Shown here: positions 52,620 to 64,000 of the stretch, piece by piece
How the letters are laid out: every line of letters starts with the position of its first letter
Numbering within the stretch: position 1 is the stretch's first letter
NCBI RefSeq assembly: GCF_036365525.1
Contig: NC_090404.1
Coordinates: forward strand, 6,510,001-6,574,000
Direction: 5' to 3'
Source: Heterodontus francisci
Lineage: Eukaryota
Length of the DNA: 64,000 bases
Position numbers and translations under genes: made by a program
The notes under the pieces: generated by a model
Database searches by the model: none
What the model was told of the DNA's origin: nothing
The model's input: the letters and a program-made list of their open reading frames with translations, nothing else

Positions 52620-53250
52620 ACTGAATTAGCACGGAAATAATCTGAAATTGTTGAACTCAGTGTTGAGTCCGGAAGACTGAATCACTAAATTGAAAGGTAA
52701 GCTGCTGTTCCTCGAGCTTCTGTTGACCTTCATTCAAACAGTTTAGGAGGCTGGTGAGAGAGAGGGCAGAGTGGGAGCAGAACAGAGAATTCAGATGACA
52801 GACGATCAGGGCAATGCTTGCGAGCTGAACGGAGGTGTTTCACAAAGTGATCACCTAATCTGCATTTGCTGTCCCCGATGTAGAGGAGCCCACATCGTGG
52901 GCAGTGAATATAGTATACTAAATTGAAAGAAGTATAAGTAAATCGCTGTTGCGCCTTCAGCAGGTGTTCGGGTCCTTGGACACTGAGAAGTGAGGAGTTA
53001 AAAGGGCAGTTGTTAAATCTCCTGTGCTTGCATGGAAAGGGGAGGGGGTGGTGGATGCGATACAGGTTTGGACAGGATGTTGCAGAGGGAATGGTCCCAC
53101 TAGAATGCTGAAAGGAGAGGGGACGATGTATTTGGTGGTGACATCACACTGGAGATGGGGGAAATGATGTGGAGGCCATTGTGGTGGCAGGTGAGGATAA
53201 GATAAACCCTATCGTGCTTCTGGGATGAGAGCAAAAGTACAGGAAATGTA
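52620..53250 (-). mobile_element. Penelope-like element remnant
   Basis: Colinear with 38630-40835 once the MITE and CR1 are removed. Confidence 0.7.
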
Positions 53251-53955
53251 ATGGAGCTGGAAGGAGGAGGCTGGAGGGAACAGGTTAGTAAACCCAGGGG
53301 CCAACGCAGGCTTCACACACACCGAGTGCAGCCCCACTATAAAGCAGGGAACATTTTCCAATTTACAAACACCCAGTGTAGGTCTCAAACCCAGAATAAG
53401 AAGCTACCGGTCCCATGTTTGCACCAAGCAGTGTGATGGCTCTGGGATTTCTCCCGGTGACAGGCCAGAGTTAATAGCTGTCAACTTTCTAGGAGGAAAT
53501 GCGCAGCAGGGCACCTGCGTGGCCATCCTGGGCCAGGAAGCAGGAGGAGAGAATGTTGTGAATTTCTATCCTGGACTGACAGTGATGGCTTTTGTAAACT
53601 CCTTTTACAGGGGATTAGAAGGGAAGGATTTGAAGACGGAAGCGCAAACCAAGCAGCAAATCAAGATCTGACAGAGTCACACGATTCATCAGGACCTGAA
53701 TATAAAATGTTTTTCTGTTCTGTCTGTGGGAAAAGATTTCAAACATCAGTGTGACTGGAAAAGCACCAAGACCCAAGACACACACAACCAAGTGAGAGTG
53801 TTCCAGTGCACTGACTGTGGAGACAGCTTTAAGCAGTTACACAGCCTGAATAAAATCACACCATTTACAACAGGGAGAAGCTGTAAACCTGTTCTGTGTG
53901 TGGATAGGGCTTCAAGTGAGTGTCCAACTTGGAGAGAAACAAGGACCCCCACACC

Positions 53956-55209
53956 ATGGAGAAACCGTGCAACTGTGGGAAGGGATTCAATTCCCCATCC
54001 CAGCTGGAAACTCATTGGCACAGTCACATTGGGGAGAAGCTGTTCACCCCCTCCATGTGTGGAAAGGGATTCACTCCGTCTTCCGATCTTCCGAGACACC
54101 AACTTGTTCAGTCCGATCAGAGACCCTTTAAATGTTCTGACTGTGAGAAGACATTTAAAAGAAAAAAGGATCTATTGACACACCAGCGAGTTCACACTGG
54201 GGAGAGACCGTTCACCTGCTCTGTGTGTGAGAAGGGATTCACTCGGTCATCCTCTCTGCTGAAACACCAGCAAGTTCACACTGGGGAGAGGCCGTTCACC
54301 TGCTCCCTGTGTGGGAAAGGATTCACTCAGTCATCTGATCTGCTGACACACCAGCGAGTTCACACTGATGAGAGACCTTTTAAATGTTCTGACTGTGGGA
54401 AGAGCTTTAAAAGCAGAAATGAGCTGCTGACACACCAACGAGTTCACACTGAGGAGAGACCTTTTCCATGTTCTCACTGTGAGAAGAGCTTTAAAAGCAG
54501 AAATGATCTGATGCAACACCAACGTATTCACACCGGGGAGAGGCCGTTCACCTGTTCTCTGTGTGGGAAAGGATTCACTCGGCATTCAAATCTGCTCGCA
54601 CACCAACGCACTCACACTGGGGAGAGGCCGTTTACCTGCTCTGACTGTGGGAAGGGATTCACTTATCCATCCAACCTTCAGACACACCAACTTGTTCACA
54701 CCGGAGAGAGACCTTTTATCTGTTGTGACTGTGAGAAGTGCTTTAAAAGTAGAAATGAGCTGCTGCTACACCAACGCACTCACACTGGGGAGAGGCCGTT
54801 CATCTGCTCCGTGTGTGGGAAGGGATTCACTCAGTCGTCAAACCTGCTGAGACACCGACTTGTTCACACTGATCAGAGACCTTTTAAATGTTCTGACTGT
54901 GACAAGAGCTTTAAAAGTAGAAATGAACTGCTGCAACACCAACGCACTCACACTGGGGAGAGGCCATTTACCTGCTCCGTGTGTGGGAAGGGATTCACTG
55001 ATCGATCCAACCTGCAGAGACACCAGCAAGTTCACACTGGGGAGAGGCCATTTACCTGTTCTGACTGTGAGAAGAGCTTTAAACGTAGAAATAATCTGCT
55101 GAAACACCAATACACTCACACTGGGGAGAGGCCGTTCACCTGCTCCACGTGTGGGAAGGGATTCAACAATTCATCAAACTTACTGAGACACCGGCAAGTT
55201 CACAAGTGA
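53956..55209 (+). CDS. C2H2 zinc-finger protein (ZNF-5), 13 canonical and 2 degenerate fingers
   Basis: Open frame from the ATG at 53956 (MEKP, equivalent to the ZNF-1 start) to HRQVHK*. Acceptor ends at 53610; AATAAA near 55351. Confidence 0.9.
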   Translation: MEKPCNCGKGFNSPSQLETHWHSHIGEKLFTPSMCGKGFTPSSDLPRHQLVQSDQRPFKCSDCEKTFKRKKDLLTHQRVHTGERPFTCSVCEKGFTRSSSLLKHQQVHTGERPFTCSLCGKGFTQSSDLLTHQRVHTDERPFKCSDCGKSFKSRNELLTHQRVHTEERPFPCSHCEKSFKSRNDLMQHQRIHTGERPFTCSLCGKGFTRHSNLLAHQRTHTGERPFTCSDCGKGFTYPSNLQTHQLVHTGERPFICCDCEKCFKSRNELLLHQRTHTGERPFICSVCGKGFTQSSNLLRHRLVHTDQRPFKCSDCDKSFKSRNELLQHQRTHTGERPFTCSVCGKGFTDRSNLQRHQQVHTGERPFTCSDCEKSFKRRNNLLKHQYTHTGERPFTCSTCGKGFNNSSNLLRHRQVHK

Positions 55210-55591
55210 CTGCAGGGGTTGGATTCTGCTGTTATTGCTGCTGATAATCACATCCAGACTGAACCATGTTCATTCTGACAGTTGGAGTTTGTTTCTGCTG
55301 ATGTTAATGACCCAAACTGGGCTGGAGTTTAATATTCTGGATAAATGTCAAATAAATCAGCTTTATTGCCAACACAGTGTGTGGAGTATTTGTTTCCAGG
55401 AAAAGAGGAGACTAATTGAAATGCTGCTGTTGACTGTTCCAGTTTTGGGCCTTTTCTCCTCTGTTAAAGAAAGACTTGTATTTTTTAGCTCCTTTCATGA
55501 CACCAGGACGTCTCAAAACACTTTACAGCCAATGAAGTTTAGAAGGAGCTTTACCCCAAATGGCCAAGTCCAGCTCCTATTTCTTATATTC

Positions 55592-55741
55592 TCTGTATCT
55601 AACTGGTGCTGTACCTGCCTGGGAGTGTTTGATGGGACAGTGTAGAGGGAGCTTTACTCTGTATTTAACCTGTGCTGTACCTGCTCTGGGAGTGTTTGTT
55701 GGGACAGTGTAGAGGGAGCTTTATTCTGTATCTGATCCCCC
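55592..55741 (+). repeat. 67-bp satellite, about 2 units
   Basis: Same unit as 36985-38416, at the same position relative to the ZNF 3'UTR. Confidence 0.9.
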
Positions 55742-57855
55742 TTTTTTTTGAAGGTGGCCTTTATACTCAGGCCCCCTTTTATGTACAATTTATAAAAATA
55801 ACTTTACTTAAAATCAGATAAATAAAACAAAAACTCAAATTAAAATGCAATTCTCCGCATCTATGATCAGTCCAGCCCCTATGTCACCCACTAGTAGCCG
55901 AAGGCCTCAAGCGAACCGGCGGACACCGCATACTCCTTCTCCAGGGACACCTGGGTGCAAACCTAACCGCAGAAGAGGGGCAGGCAATCAGGGCAGATGG
56001 ATCCCCGATGGCCTGCTGCATGGATCTGTGAATTGCCACCTTGGCCAGACCCATGAGCAGACTGACGAGGAGAACATCCTCCTGGCCCAACCCACTCCAC
56101 ACCGGGTGCCCAAAGATCAAGAGTGTGGGGCTCAAGTGCAACCAAAACTTGAGAAACCACCCCTTTAAATACTCAAAAATGGGCTGCAAACTCACACACT
56201 CCACATAAACATGGAACACAGACTCACCCAGGCCGCAGAAATTACAGGCGGCCTGGGTGTCTGTGAACCTGCTCAAAGGTCTATTGCACAGGACTGCCCT
56301 GTGCAGCACCCTCCACCCCAGGTCCCCGATGTAAAGGGGGAGGGCTCCCACATAGAGAGACCTCCTGCAGGGTTTCTCTTCACCACCAGGTGGCAACACA
56401 GACTGCCACGGCGTGTCCAGGTGGCAGATGAGGGTGAGGAAGTGGAGAGTGTGCAGGAGCAGCCCGCACAGAAAACCCCTCCATTTCCGAGAGGCAGCTC
56501 AGTTTGCACGGGACCGGCTTCTGAGGAGGGTTTCGGGGCCTGGGTCTGATGAGCAGTTATGGTTGAGTGGGGTCAGCTCGGCCAGGAATGTTTAACACTC
56601 CCGAGCCCCCTTGTCACCCGCAGTGAGGGATGGTCTGGCGGCTTTGGCTACTCCTCTGCCCATCGGTCCGTTTACAAAGCTGGCCGCCCGGACATTCAAA
56701 GCACTCTCCTCCGCCGGTGGGGGAGCACCCTGACTGGAGGCAACCATGTTCCAGACTCTGAATAGATCCCGGTAAAAGACACGCAACTCCCTCAGAGAGG
56801 CACGGCTAATGTTCTCCGCCAGGAGCTGTGTGTCATATTGAAGACAGTGCCCCGGTGGAAAAAATACATTGCCAGCGCACAGCATCTGGGAGGACGCTCA
56901 ATGTACAGATATCTCTGCAGTGTCCGAAGGCAAAGAGTCACAGCCTGTGTACGGTTGCACAACAGTGACTGGCCAATCTCCTCAATTGGGAGACTCAGGA
57001 CCGTGGCAGAGACCCAGTGTTTCCTCTTGCCCCAGAAGAAATCAACAAGCTTCTTCTGGATCTTGGTGGCAAATGGACCAACGTGATCAACTGGTACCAC
57101 AGCATCGAGGCCATCAGTTGATTTATGACCAATGCTCGGCCCCTGGAGGAAAGCACTCAGAGCAGTCCTGTCCAGCGCCCTAGCTGAGAGGTGACTTTCG
57201 CCTCCAACTCCTGCCAGTTTGCCAGCCAGGCTTCCTCGGTGGGGCTAAGGTGGATTCCCAGATAGAGGAGGTGCGTGGTGCTTCATGCAAAAGGTCTCAC
57301 CTCCCCCGGCAGGGGGTCCACCTGCCACTGACCTACCAGGAGTCCGGAGCATTTCTCCCAATTGATCCTCGTGGAGGAGGTGGCAGAAAAGGTCTGCTAG
57401 CACTCACACATCCTCCGCAAGTCAACGGGAACCATGACCATGAGGAGCACGTTATCAGCATAAGCCGAGAGAATGACCCACATGTCGGACCCGCATAGAG
57501 CCAAACCCGACAACCTCCTGCAAGAGCAGGCATGGTTCCACGTAGATGGTATATATTTCGCCGGACATGGGGCATCCCTGATGTACAGCTCTCCCAAAGC
57601 AAAGGGATGTCGTCAAGGACCAGTTAACTTTGACCAGACACTCTGCAACAGCATATAAAAGTCAGACCTGGGTCACAAAATGCAGCCCAAGTCCAAATGC
57701 GTGTAGAATCCCGAAAACATATTCATGATCCACCCTGTCGAACACCTTCTCCTGATCGAGGGAGAGGAAGATGACTGACAGACCAGTCTTCTGGGAAAGA
57801 TGGATCATGTCCCAGACCAGGTGGATGTTGGCTTGGATGGACTGGCCCAGGACCT
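55742..57855 (-). mobile_element. Tx1-type LINE ORF2 3' part, degenerate
   Basis: SLDQEKVFDRVDHEY, AYADNV, FFWGKRKHWVS and a terminal CCHC (WRVLH..CNFCGLGESVFHVYVEC); T8 tail at 55742-55749. Confidence 0.88.
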
Positions 57856-57856
57856 T

Positions 57857-58245
57857 ATAGGACTGAGAAGGCTGGGGCGAGATTTGATTGAAATGTCCAA
57901 AATTTTGAGGGGCCTGGATAGAGTGGAGGTGAAGGGACTATTCACCTTAGCAGAGAGGTCAATGACTAGGGATGATTGGTAGCAGAATTAGAGAGGTAAT
58001 GAGGAAAATTCTTTTCACCCAGAGGGTGGTGGAGGTCTGGAACTCACTGCCTGAAAGGGTAGTTGAAGCAGAAACCCTCAACTCATTCAAAAGGAGTCTG
58101 GACGTGCACCTCAAGTGCCGTACTCTGCAGGCCTGTGGACCAAATGCTGGAAGGTGGGATTAGAATGGGTGAATTGTTGCTTGGCCAGCACAGACACGAT
58201 GGGCCAAGTGGCCTCTTTCTGTGTCTTAAACTTTCTATGATTCTA
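57857..58245 (+). mobile_element. CR1-type LINE 3' end
   Basis: RRLGRDLIEMSKILRG, FTQRVVEVWNSLP and the CR1 tail. Confidence 0.85.
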
Positions 58246-59007
58246 GAAACATATATGAGGGAATTTGTTGGAGACAGTGTCTGTTGAAATAGTGCATTTG
58301 AATTCGGCTTTTGTCTATAGTCTGGCCTTTTTGTGTGCATTTTAGTGTTTGTGTATGTATGTATGAGTATATCTTGCTCTGCATAACTCTGTGTTTGTGT
58401 ATCCTTGTGTGTGTGAGTGTTAATAAGTGTGTTTATTTGTTTGTTTGTGTACACGAGTGTGAGTGTATTAATGTCCTTGTTTATGTGTTGACGGGGTGTT
58501 GGTTAGCTCAGTTGGTTATACGGCTAGTGTATAATACAGGAAAAATGCCAACAATGCAAGTTCAATCCCTGTACCAGCTGTGGTAGTTCATAGGGGCTTG
58601 CTTCCTCGCCTTTTCCTACACTTGAAGATTGATCACTCTCAAGCTATCCAGCTGTCTTTCTAATGGAGAGATAGGTCTTTAACGGGGAGATAGGCCTATG
58701 GTCCTTTGGGACTATGGCTCAAGCAATACGTTGATGGCTGTGTCTATGTGTCAATGTGCATTGATGTCTGTATTCAAGTGACTGTGCACGTGTACGTATG
58801 TATGTTTGTGAGCATGTTTGTGTGTGAGCATGTTTGTGCTTCAATTTGTTTGTTAATCTATGTTTATGTGTCAATGTATGCATATGGGTGTGTTAGTGTG
58901 TTTGTGCCCCATAAATGTGATAATGTTTATGTGTTGATAGCTACATTTAAGTATTAATGCGTGTGTGAATATGTGGACATGAGCACCATTGTCTGTGTTT
59001 ATGTGAG

Positions 59008-60490
59008 TCCTTTCCTTTTTGGCCTCCTTGTCTCGAGAGACAATGGGTAAGTGCCTAGAGGTGGTCAGTGGTTTGTGAAGCAGCACCTAGAGTAGCTATA
59101 AAGGCTAATACTAGATTGACAGACTCTTCCACAGGGGCTGCAGGTGAAGTTGGTTGTCGGGGCTGTTACACAGTTGGCTCTCTTCTTACACTGCTGTCTC
59201 TTTTCCTGCCAACTGCTGAGTCTCTTCGACTCGCCACTCTTCAGCTTCACCTTTATGGCTGTCCGCCAGCTCTGGTGATCACTGGCAACTGGCTCCCATG
59301 ACTTGTGGTCAATGTCGCAGGACTTCATGTCACATTTGCAAACGTCTTTAAAGTGGAGACATAGATGTCCAGTGGGCCTGATACCAGTGATGAGCTCGCT
59401 CTACAATACATTCTTGGGGTTCCTGCCATCTTCCATATGGCTCACATGGCCAAGCCATCTCAAGCACTGCTGGCTCAGTAGGGCATACATACTGAGGATG
59501 TTGGCTGCCTCGAGGCCTTCTGCATTGGAGATACGGCCCTGCCTGATGCCCAGGATTCTTTGAAGGCAGCAAAGATGGAATGAGTTGAGATGTCGCTCTT
59601 GGCTGACATACATTGTCCAAGCCTCACTGCCATAGAACAAGGTACTGAGGACGCAGGCTTGATATACTCGGACTTTTGTGTTCCGTGTCAGTGTGCCATT
59701 TTCCCACACACTCTTGGCCAGTCTGGACATAGCAGTGGAAGCCTTTCCCATACGCTTGTTGATTTCTGCATCGAGAGACAGGTTACTGGTGATAATTGAG
59801 CCTAGGTACGTGAACTCTTGATCCACTTCCAGAGCGTGGTCGCCGATATTGATGGATGGAGCATTTCTGATGTCCTGCCCCATGATGTTCATTTTCTTGA
59901 GGCTGATGGTTAGGCCAAATTCAATGCAGGCAGCCACAATCTTGTCGATGAGTCTCTGCAGACACTCTTCAATGTGAGATGTTAATGCAGCATCGTCAGC
60001 AAGAGAAGTTCCCTGATGAGGACTTTCCGTACTTTGGTCTTCGCTCTAAGATGGGCAAGGCTGAACAATCTGCCATCTGATCTTGTGTGGAGGAACAGTG
60101 GCACAGTGGTTAGCACCGCAGCCTCACAGCTCCAGCAACCCGGGTTCAATTCTGGGTACTGCCTTTGTGGAGTTTGCAAGTTCTCCCTGTGCCTGCGTGG
60201 GTTTCCTCTGGGTGCTCCGGTTTCCTCCCACATGCCAAAGACTTGCAGGTTGATAGGTTAATTGGCCATTATAAATTGCCCCTAGTATAGGTAGGTGGTA
60301 AGGAAATATATAGGGACAGGCGGGGATGTGGTAGGAATATGGGATTAGTGTAGGATTAGTATAAATGGGTGGTTGATGGTCGGCACAGACTCGGTGGGCC
60401 GAAGGGCCTGTTTCAGTGCTGTATCTCTAAAACTAAAAAAACTTAAACGCATGAGCGAGCAGCAGTGAAAAGAAGATCCCAAACAGTGGA
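59008..60490 (-). mobile_element. RTE-clade LINE 3' part containing a SINE (60096-60440, +)
   Basis: Reverse complement closely matches 44750-45895 (FTYLGSIIT..YGSEAW). Confidence 0.9.
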
Positions 60491-60816
60491 GTGAGTATTT
60501 GTATATATATATATATATGGATATGTCAGTATATTGATGTTGCTGTTTACTTGTGTGTGTGAATGTGTCTATTTATCTACGTGTTTGCGTGTACGTGTGT
60601 GAGTCTGTTAATGTGCGAGTATGTACATCCATGTATGTGTGTTAACGTGTATCTTAGTGTCTACCTTTATGTCTATGTTTCTGTGTACGTGAGACTGTAC
60701 TAAGGTGAATGTTTATCTTTGTTTATGAGTGTGAATGCGGGACCATTTATATCAGCGTTTGGGTCTGTTCCAGTGTGTAGTGTATGTGTGTAGTTGCGCA
60801 TATAAGTGTTTTTGTG

Positions 60817-60915
60817 ACAAAAACAAGAAATGCTGGAACCACTCAGCGGGTCTGGCAGCATCTGTGGAAAGAGAAGCAGAGTTAACGTTTCGGGTCAGTG
60901 ACCCTTCTTCGGAAC
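60817..60915 (-). mobile_element. Penelope-type mini-element with hammerhead-like core and 10-bp TSD
   Basis: TGTTTTTGTG is duplicated at 60807-60816 and 60916-60925; near-identical to 36250-36348. Confidence 0.75.
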
Positions 60916-61687
60916 TGTTTTTGTGTCCGTGTGCGTGTGTAATTTTATTATTTTTCAAAGTTTCACAGAGAACCAATAACCCAGTATGGCCTTGACAGTG
61001 TGCATTGTAGAGAATATTCTTCACCGTTCTATGTATAAATGTGTTCTGGGCGAGACGGAATAGGACATCTGCTGAATGCATGCAGCAATGCGACTGATGG
61101 GAACATCAGGAACACAAGCGTGAAAAAAACAGAGGAGGATTCTATCACCAGTTAGATTTGGACTATTAGAATTCTATCTGGTCGCATAAGATTAACAGGG
61201 AAAAGTTTAAAGATATTATATTGCATACATATATATTTTACAGTATGATTCCCATGTGGAAAGTTCGAACATTCGCAGAGTGCGCGAGAAGCCGACTTTG
61301 TACCGATGGCAACTGAGTCCATCTAATAGAGAGCAGTTGTCTTCTCATCTCTCTATCGGGGGGAGTAGGAGTATAGTGGGTTAACAGATGGCCTTACTCC
61401 TTTCTGTGTTGTAGAAATTGGGGAGCGAGGCTACAGTCGGTTTACCAACCCATTCCGAATTGTAATTCTCAATGGCAAATGTTTTAATTTCTCAACTGTC
61501 AGCATGACCTGACCAGCTCATTTGCGGTCAAGTAATGTGGGAAATTGTTCTGGTGTTAGTGAAGATATAATATTAATTAATAAAAATCTAAGAGTTGAAA
61601 ATCAATCTCTTGTTAATTTATAAAAACTCGTGGTAAATCAGTGCTCGTCGAGGGAAGATGATCAGTGGTGGGACACAGCGGCCTGTC

Positions 61688-61704
61688 AGCGCCATCTGGT
61701 GGTC
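61688..61704 (-). promoter_or_regulatory. CTCF motif upstream of V1
   Basis: Minus strand GACCACCAGATGGCGCT, a close match to the core CCACCAGRKGGCGC. Confidence 0.75.
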
Positions 61705-62024
61705 GGTTTTAAAGAATTCCCTGAGCGGGTCTCACAGAGTCTCACAGACGTTGTTCACTATTTGTGTTCTCTCTGTTTCCATTTCCGGTTTGATTCAGGA
61801 TGACGCGCTGATGCTCTGATGCATGAGTTTTCCTCCCACCCTCCATCGCTGCTGAGCCTGAACCTCCCTCACTCTTCACTTTGTGATCACAAGTGCCAGA
61901 GACCCGCGGACACAGTGTCCTGGTGTCGGGTTCACTTTGATACAAAACAGCGCTGCCTTCTCCGGGAGCCTCTCTCCGACTGGATCTCCCGACAGTTACT
62001 TTACACAAGTCGATAGGATCCGAC

Positions 62025-62502
62025 ATGAAGCTGAGGTTCACTTTAGTTATTATCTCCCTGGATTTCTTACTCGGCCCTCCGTGTGAGTGTGGTCACTATC
62101 TCTGTTTGTCAGGAATATTTTACACATTTATATATTATATTATATTCTGTTCTGTTGTATTTTATTGCGTTATGTTACATTGTGTTCTATTATATGAATT
62201 ATATAATATATTTCCATATTTTTTCTCAGATGCCACTGGCAGTGAAGAGGTATCACAGTCTCCTGAGTCAATGGTTGTTATCGAGGGAGACTCTGCATCG
62301 TTGACCTGTTCCACCACAGTAGCAGGACAGATCCTACAATGGTACAGACAATACCGGGACCGAACCGTGCAGCACCTGGCGAGCGGTACCAGTGATCAGA
62401 ACAGGATCACGGCTCGGTTCATTGCAGCAGAGAAGCGCAGCACTCTGACTGTGAGCGACACTCGAATGACAGACACTGCCACCTATTTCTGTGCGATGGA
62501 GA
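62025..62502 (+). CDS. T-cell receptor alpha/delta-type V gene segment (V1), germline
   Basis: Leader exon 62025-62082, phase-1 intron GTGAGT..TCTCAG at 62083-62229, V exon 62230-62502. It encodes VSQSP..ASLTC..QWYRQ..STLTV..DTATYFCAME and is followed by a 23-RSS. The alpha/delta assignment is by resemblance only. Confidence 0.9.
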
Positions 62503-62541
62503 CACAGTGTAGCAAAGATCAGTGGGGACCATACAAAAACC
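62503..62541 (+). other. Recombination signal sequence, 23-bp spacer
   Basis: CACAGTG (62503-09), 23 nt, ACAAAAACC (62533-41); perfect consensus. Confidence 0.97.
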
Positions 62542-62805
62542 TGCCGGGGCTGGTCCTGACCCTGCGTCGCCTGTGCAGTTAACAGAGCGCTGTCAGTTAT
62601 ATAACACTCCTTATTTTCCGTCGAGCTCCAAGATAGTTACTGAGGCGGTGTAACTCGGGGCATGGAGATGAGTCTCAAGATTTCCTAGACTTAACAACAG
62701 TTTGAATTGAAACCTGACAGTGTTTGTTCTCCGTGGATCTGACATCAAACTAACCCTGCCGATAAAGGTACCAACCAGCACTTAACGGAGCTGTAAAATC
62801 GCGGA

Positions 62806-62844
62806 GGTTTTTGTACGGGGTCTTGGCTTTTATCTGACGCTGTG
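62806..62844 (-). other. Recombination signal sequence, 23-bp spacer
   Basis: Minus strand CACAGCG (62844-38), 23 nt, ACAAAAACC (62814-06). Confidence 0.95.
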
Positions 62845-63339
62845 CCTCACTGCACAGTAATAGAGCGCCCCGTCCTCCACACTCAGGCCGCTTATATTGA
62901 GGTAACCGTACTTTTTCGACTTATCAGCAGCCGCCAAATATCGTCCTGAGATTTCGTTTCCCTGAAGTGCTACTACTTTCCTAATAATCCAGGTTGGAGG
63001 CTGTGCAGGTTCCTGCCGATACCATTGCATGTAGTCAATATCCGGGTTTGTATATTTGCAATCTAACTGCACCGAGCTCCCTCCTGACACGGTTATTGTC
63101 ACCGGAGACTGAGTTACTGGATCTGCACATAGTCCGCCTGAAAAGATAGAGGAACAAAGAACAGGAGGTTAAATAGGATTGATCTAATCTTCTATTTATC
63201 TGTGTGAGTGTATGTGACCTCCCATCTACCCAGCCAATTAAATTAAATCCTCCTACTTTGCATCAAACTGCTAACCTGCTTTGATTAACCTAATCCAATA
63301 CTTACTGTCCAACACAACAGCCAGTATTATGAGAAACAT
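62845..63339 (-). CDS. T-cell receptor alpha/delta-type V gene segment (V2), germline
   Basis: Leader exon 63339-63306 (MFLIILAVVLD), phase-1 intron GTAAGT..TTTCAG at 63305-63138, V exon 63137-62845. It encodes DPVTQSP..VQLDC..QWYRQ..GRY..LNISGLSVEDGALYYCAVR. Confidence 0.92.
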
Positions 63340-63541
63340 GTCTGACTAAATCCCTCGCAGTGAATTGGAATGGAATGAGCCAGATATTGAGAAGGGGTGA
63401 GAGGTAACTCGGGGACTGTGCAGCTCATCGTTCCACCCACACACTGCAGGGGGCGGCCCCATTGTGACCTCACTCAGCCTGCGATCCCTATTGGCCTTGG
63501 CGCTGGCATCACATGACTTCGCAATTACCATGTTTGAACTT

Positions 63542-63558
63542 GGCGCCCTCTATTGGTG
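63542..63558 (-). promoter_or_regulatory. CTCF motif upstream of V2
   Basis: Minus strand CACCAATAGAGGGCGCC; a CCAAT box (~63490) and CRE-like AGTGAGGTCA (~63465-63474) lie between it and the ATG. Confidence 0.65.
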
Positions 63559-63699
63559 GATTCTATTCAACTCGGTTTAGAATGGGCCCATTGGGTGGAT
63601 TGATTTACATATCAAAACAGCTGTCAAACATTGCCTCCCAGAAAGCTAAATTACAGTTGATTAGACCCAGCCCTTACTGTTATTGGTAATAATACCAGA

Positions 63700-64000
63700 A
63701 TGTGATGCTAAACCTTTCTTAATCACTGTTTAGACATCAACTAGAGTTCTGTGTCCAATTCTGGGCACCACGAATTTGAAAGAAAATCAAGACATTGGAG
63801 AAAATGTGGAAGAGATACACCAGAATGGTACCAGGGATGAAGGACTTTTATGTGAACAGACTAGAGACAAAGAGATCGTCCTCTGTATATCAAAGGCCTT
63901 TAAGGAGAGGCTTAATTGAGCTGCTGGAAATTACAAGTGGATTTGATCGAGTAGATCACACGTAAGTGTTTTCACGAGCAGAAAATTCTATAACCCAAGC
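63700..64000 (+). mobile_element. Old CR1-type LINE fragment
   Basis: LFRHQLEFCVQFWAP and RMVPGMKD-like translation. Confidence 0.7.

Larger units (their letters stand above)
58300..60950. repeat. Decayed (TG)-rich low-complexity region hosting later insertions
   Basis: gtgt/atgt-rich stretches at 58300-59005 and 60490-60950; an older tRNA-like SINE head lies near 58490-58580. Confidence 0.7.

Noticed and set aside
58311-58957. Hydrophobic Cys/Val-rich ORFs
   Set aside because: Translation of decayed (TG)n sequence.
62025-62582. 185-aa single-exon protein from the ORF track
   Set aside because: It reads through a canonical leader intron and the RSS; it is better explained as a two-exon V segment.
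62542-62805. D segment between the two V genes
   Set aside because: No CACAGTG or CACTGTG heptamer with a correctly spaced nonamer was found.

Overview
Repeat-rich vertebrate DNA, very likely from a shark or other elasmobranch. That call rests on HE1/V-SINE-like SINEs, abundant CR1-type LINEs and shark-type zinc-finger genes; the species cannot be confirmed. About 1-56 kb is a tandem cluster of same-strand C2H2 zinc-finger gene cassettes: three open (7, ~12 and ~15 fingers) and two pseudogenes. They share a splice acceptor and 3'UTR, and several also share an upstream promoter-like module and a downstream ~67-bp satellite. They are embedded in nested transposons: a decayed Hermes/hobo-like hAT with two related MITEs, an endogenous retrovirus (tRNA-Ser primer site, unusual long-TM env), CR1, L2, RTE, Tx1 and Penelope fragments, and a solo LTR. 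At 62.0-63.3 kb lie two intact, germline T-cell-receptor alpha/delta-type V segments (leader exon, intron, V exon, 23-bp-spacer RSS). They sit tail-to-tail on opposite strands, each with an upstream CTCF motif. Most notable: the convergent V pair with co-oriented CTCF sites beside the ZNF cluster, apparent site-specific Tx1 insertion into the satellite, the non-gamma-type ERV, and hammerhead-ribozyme-like Penelope mini-elements. TE boundaries were read by eye and are approximate.
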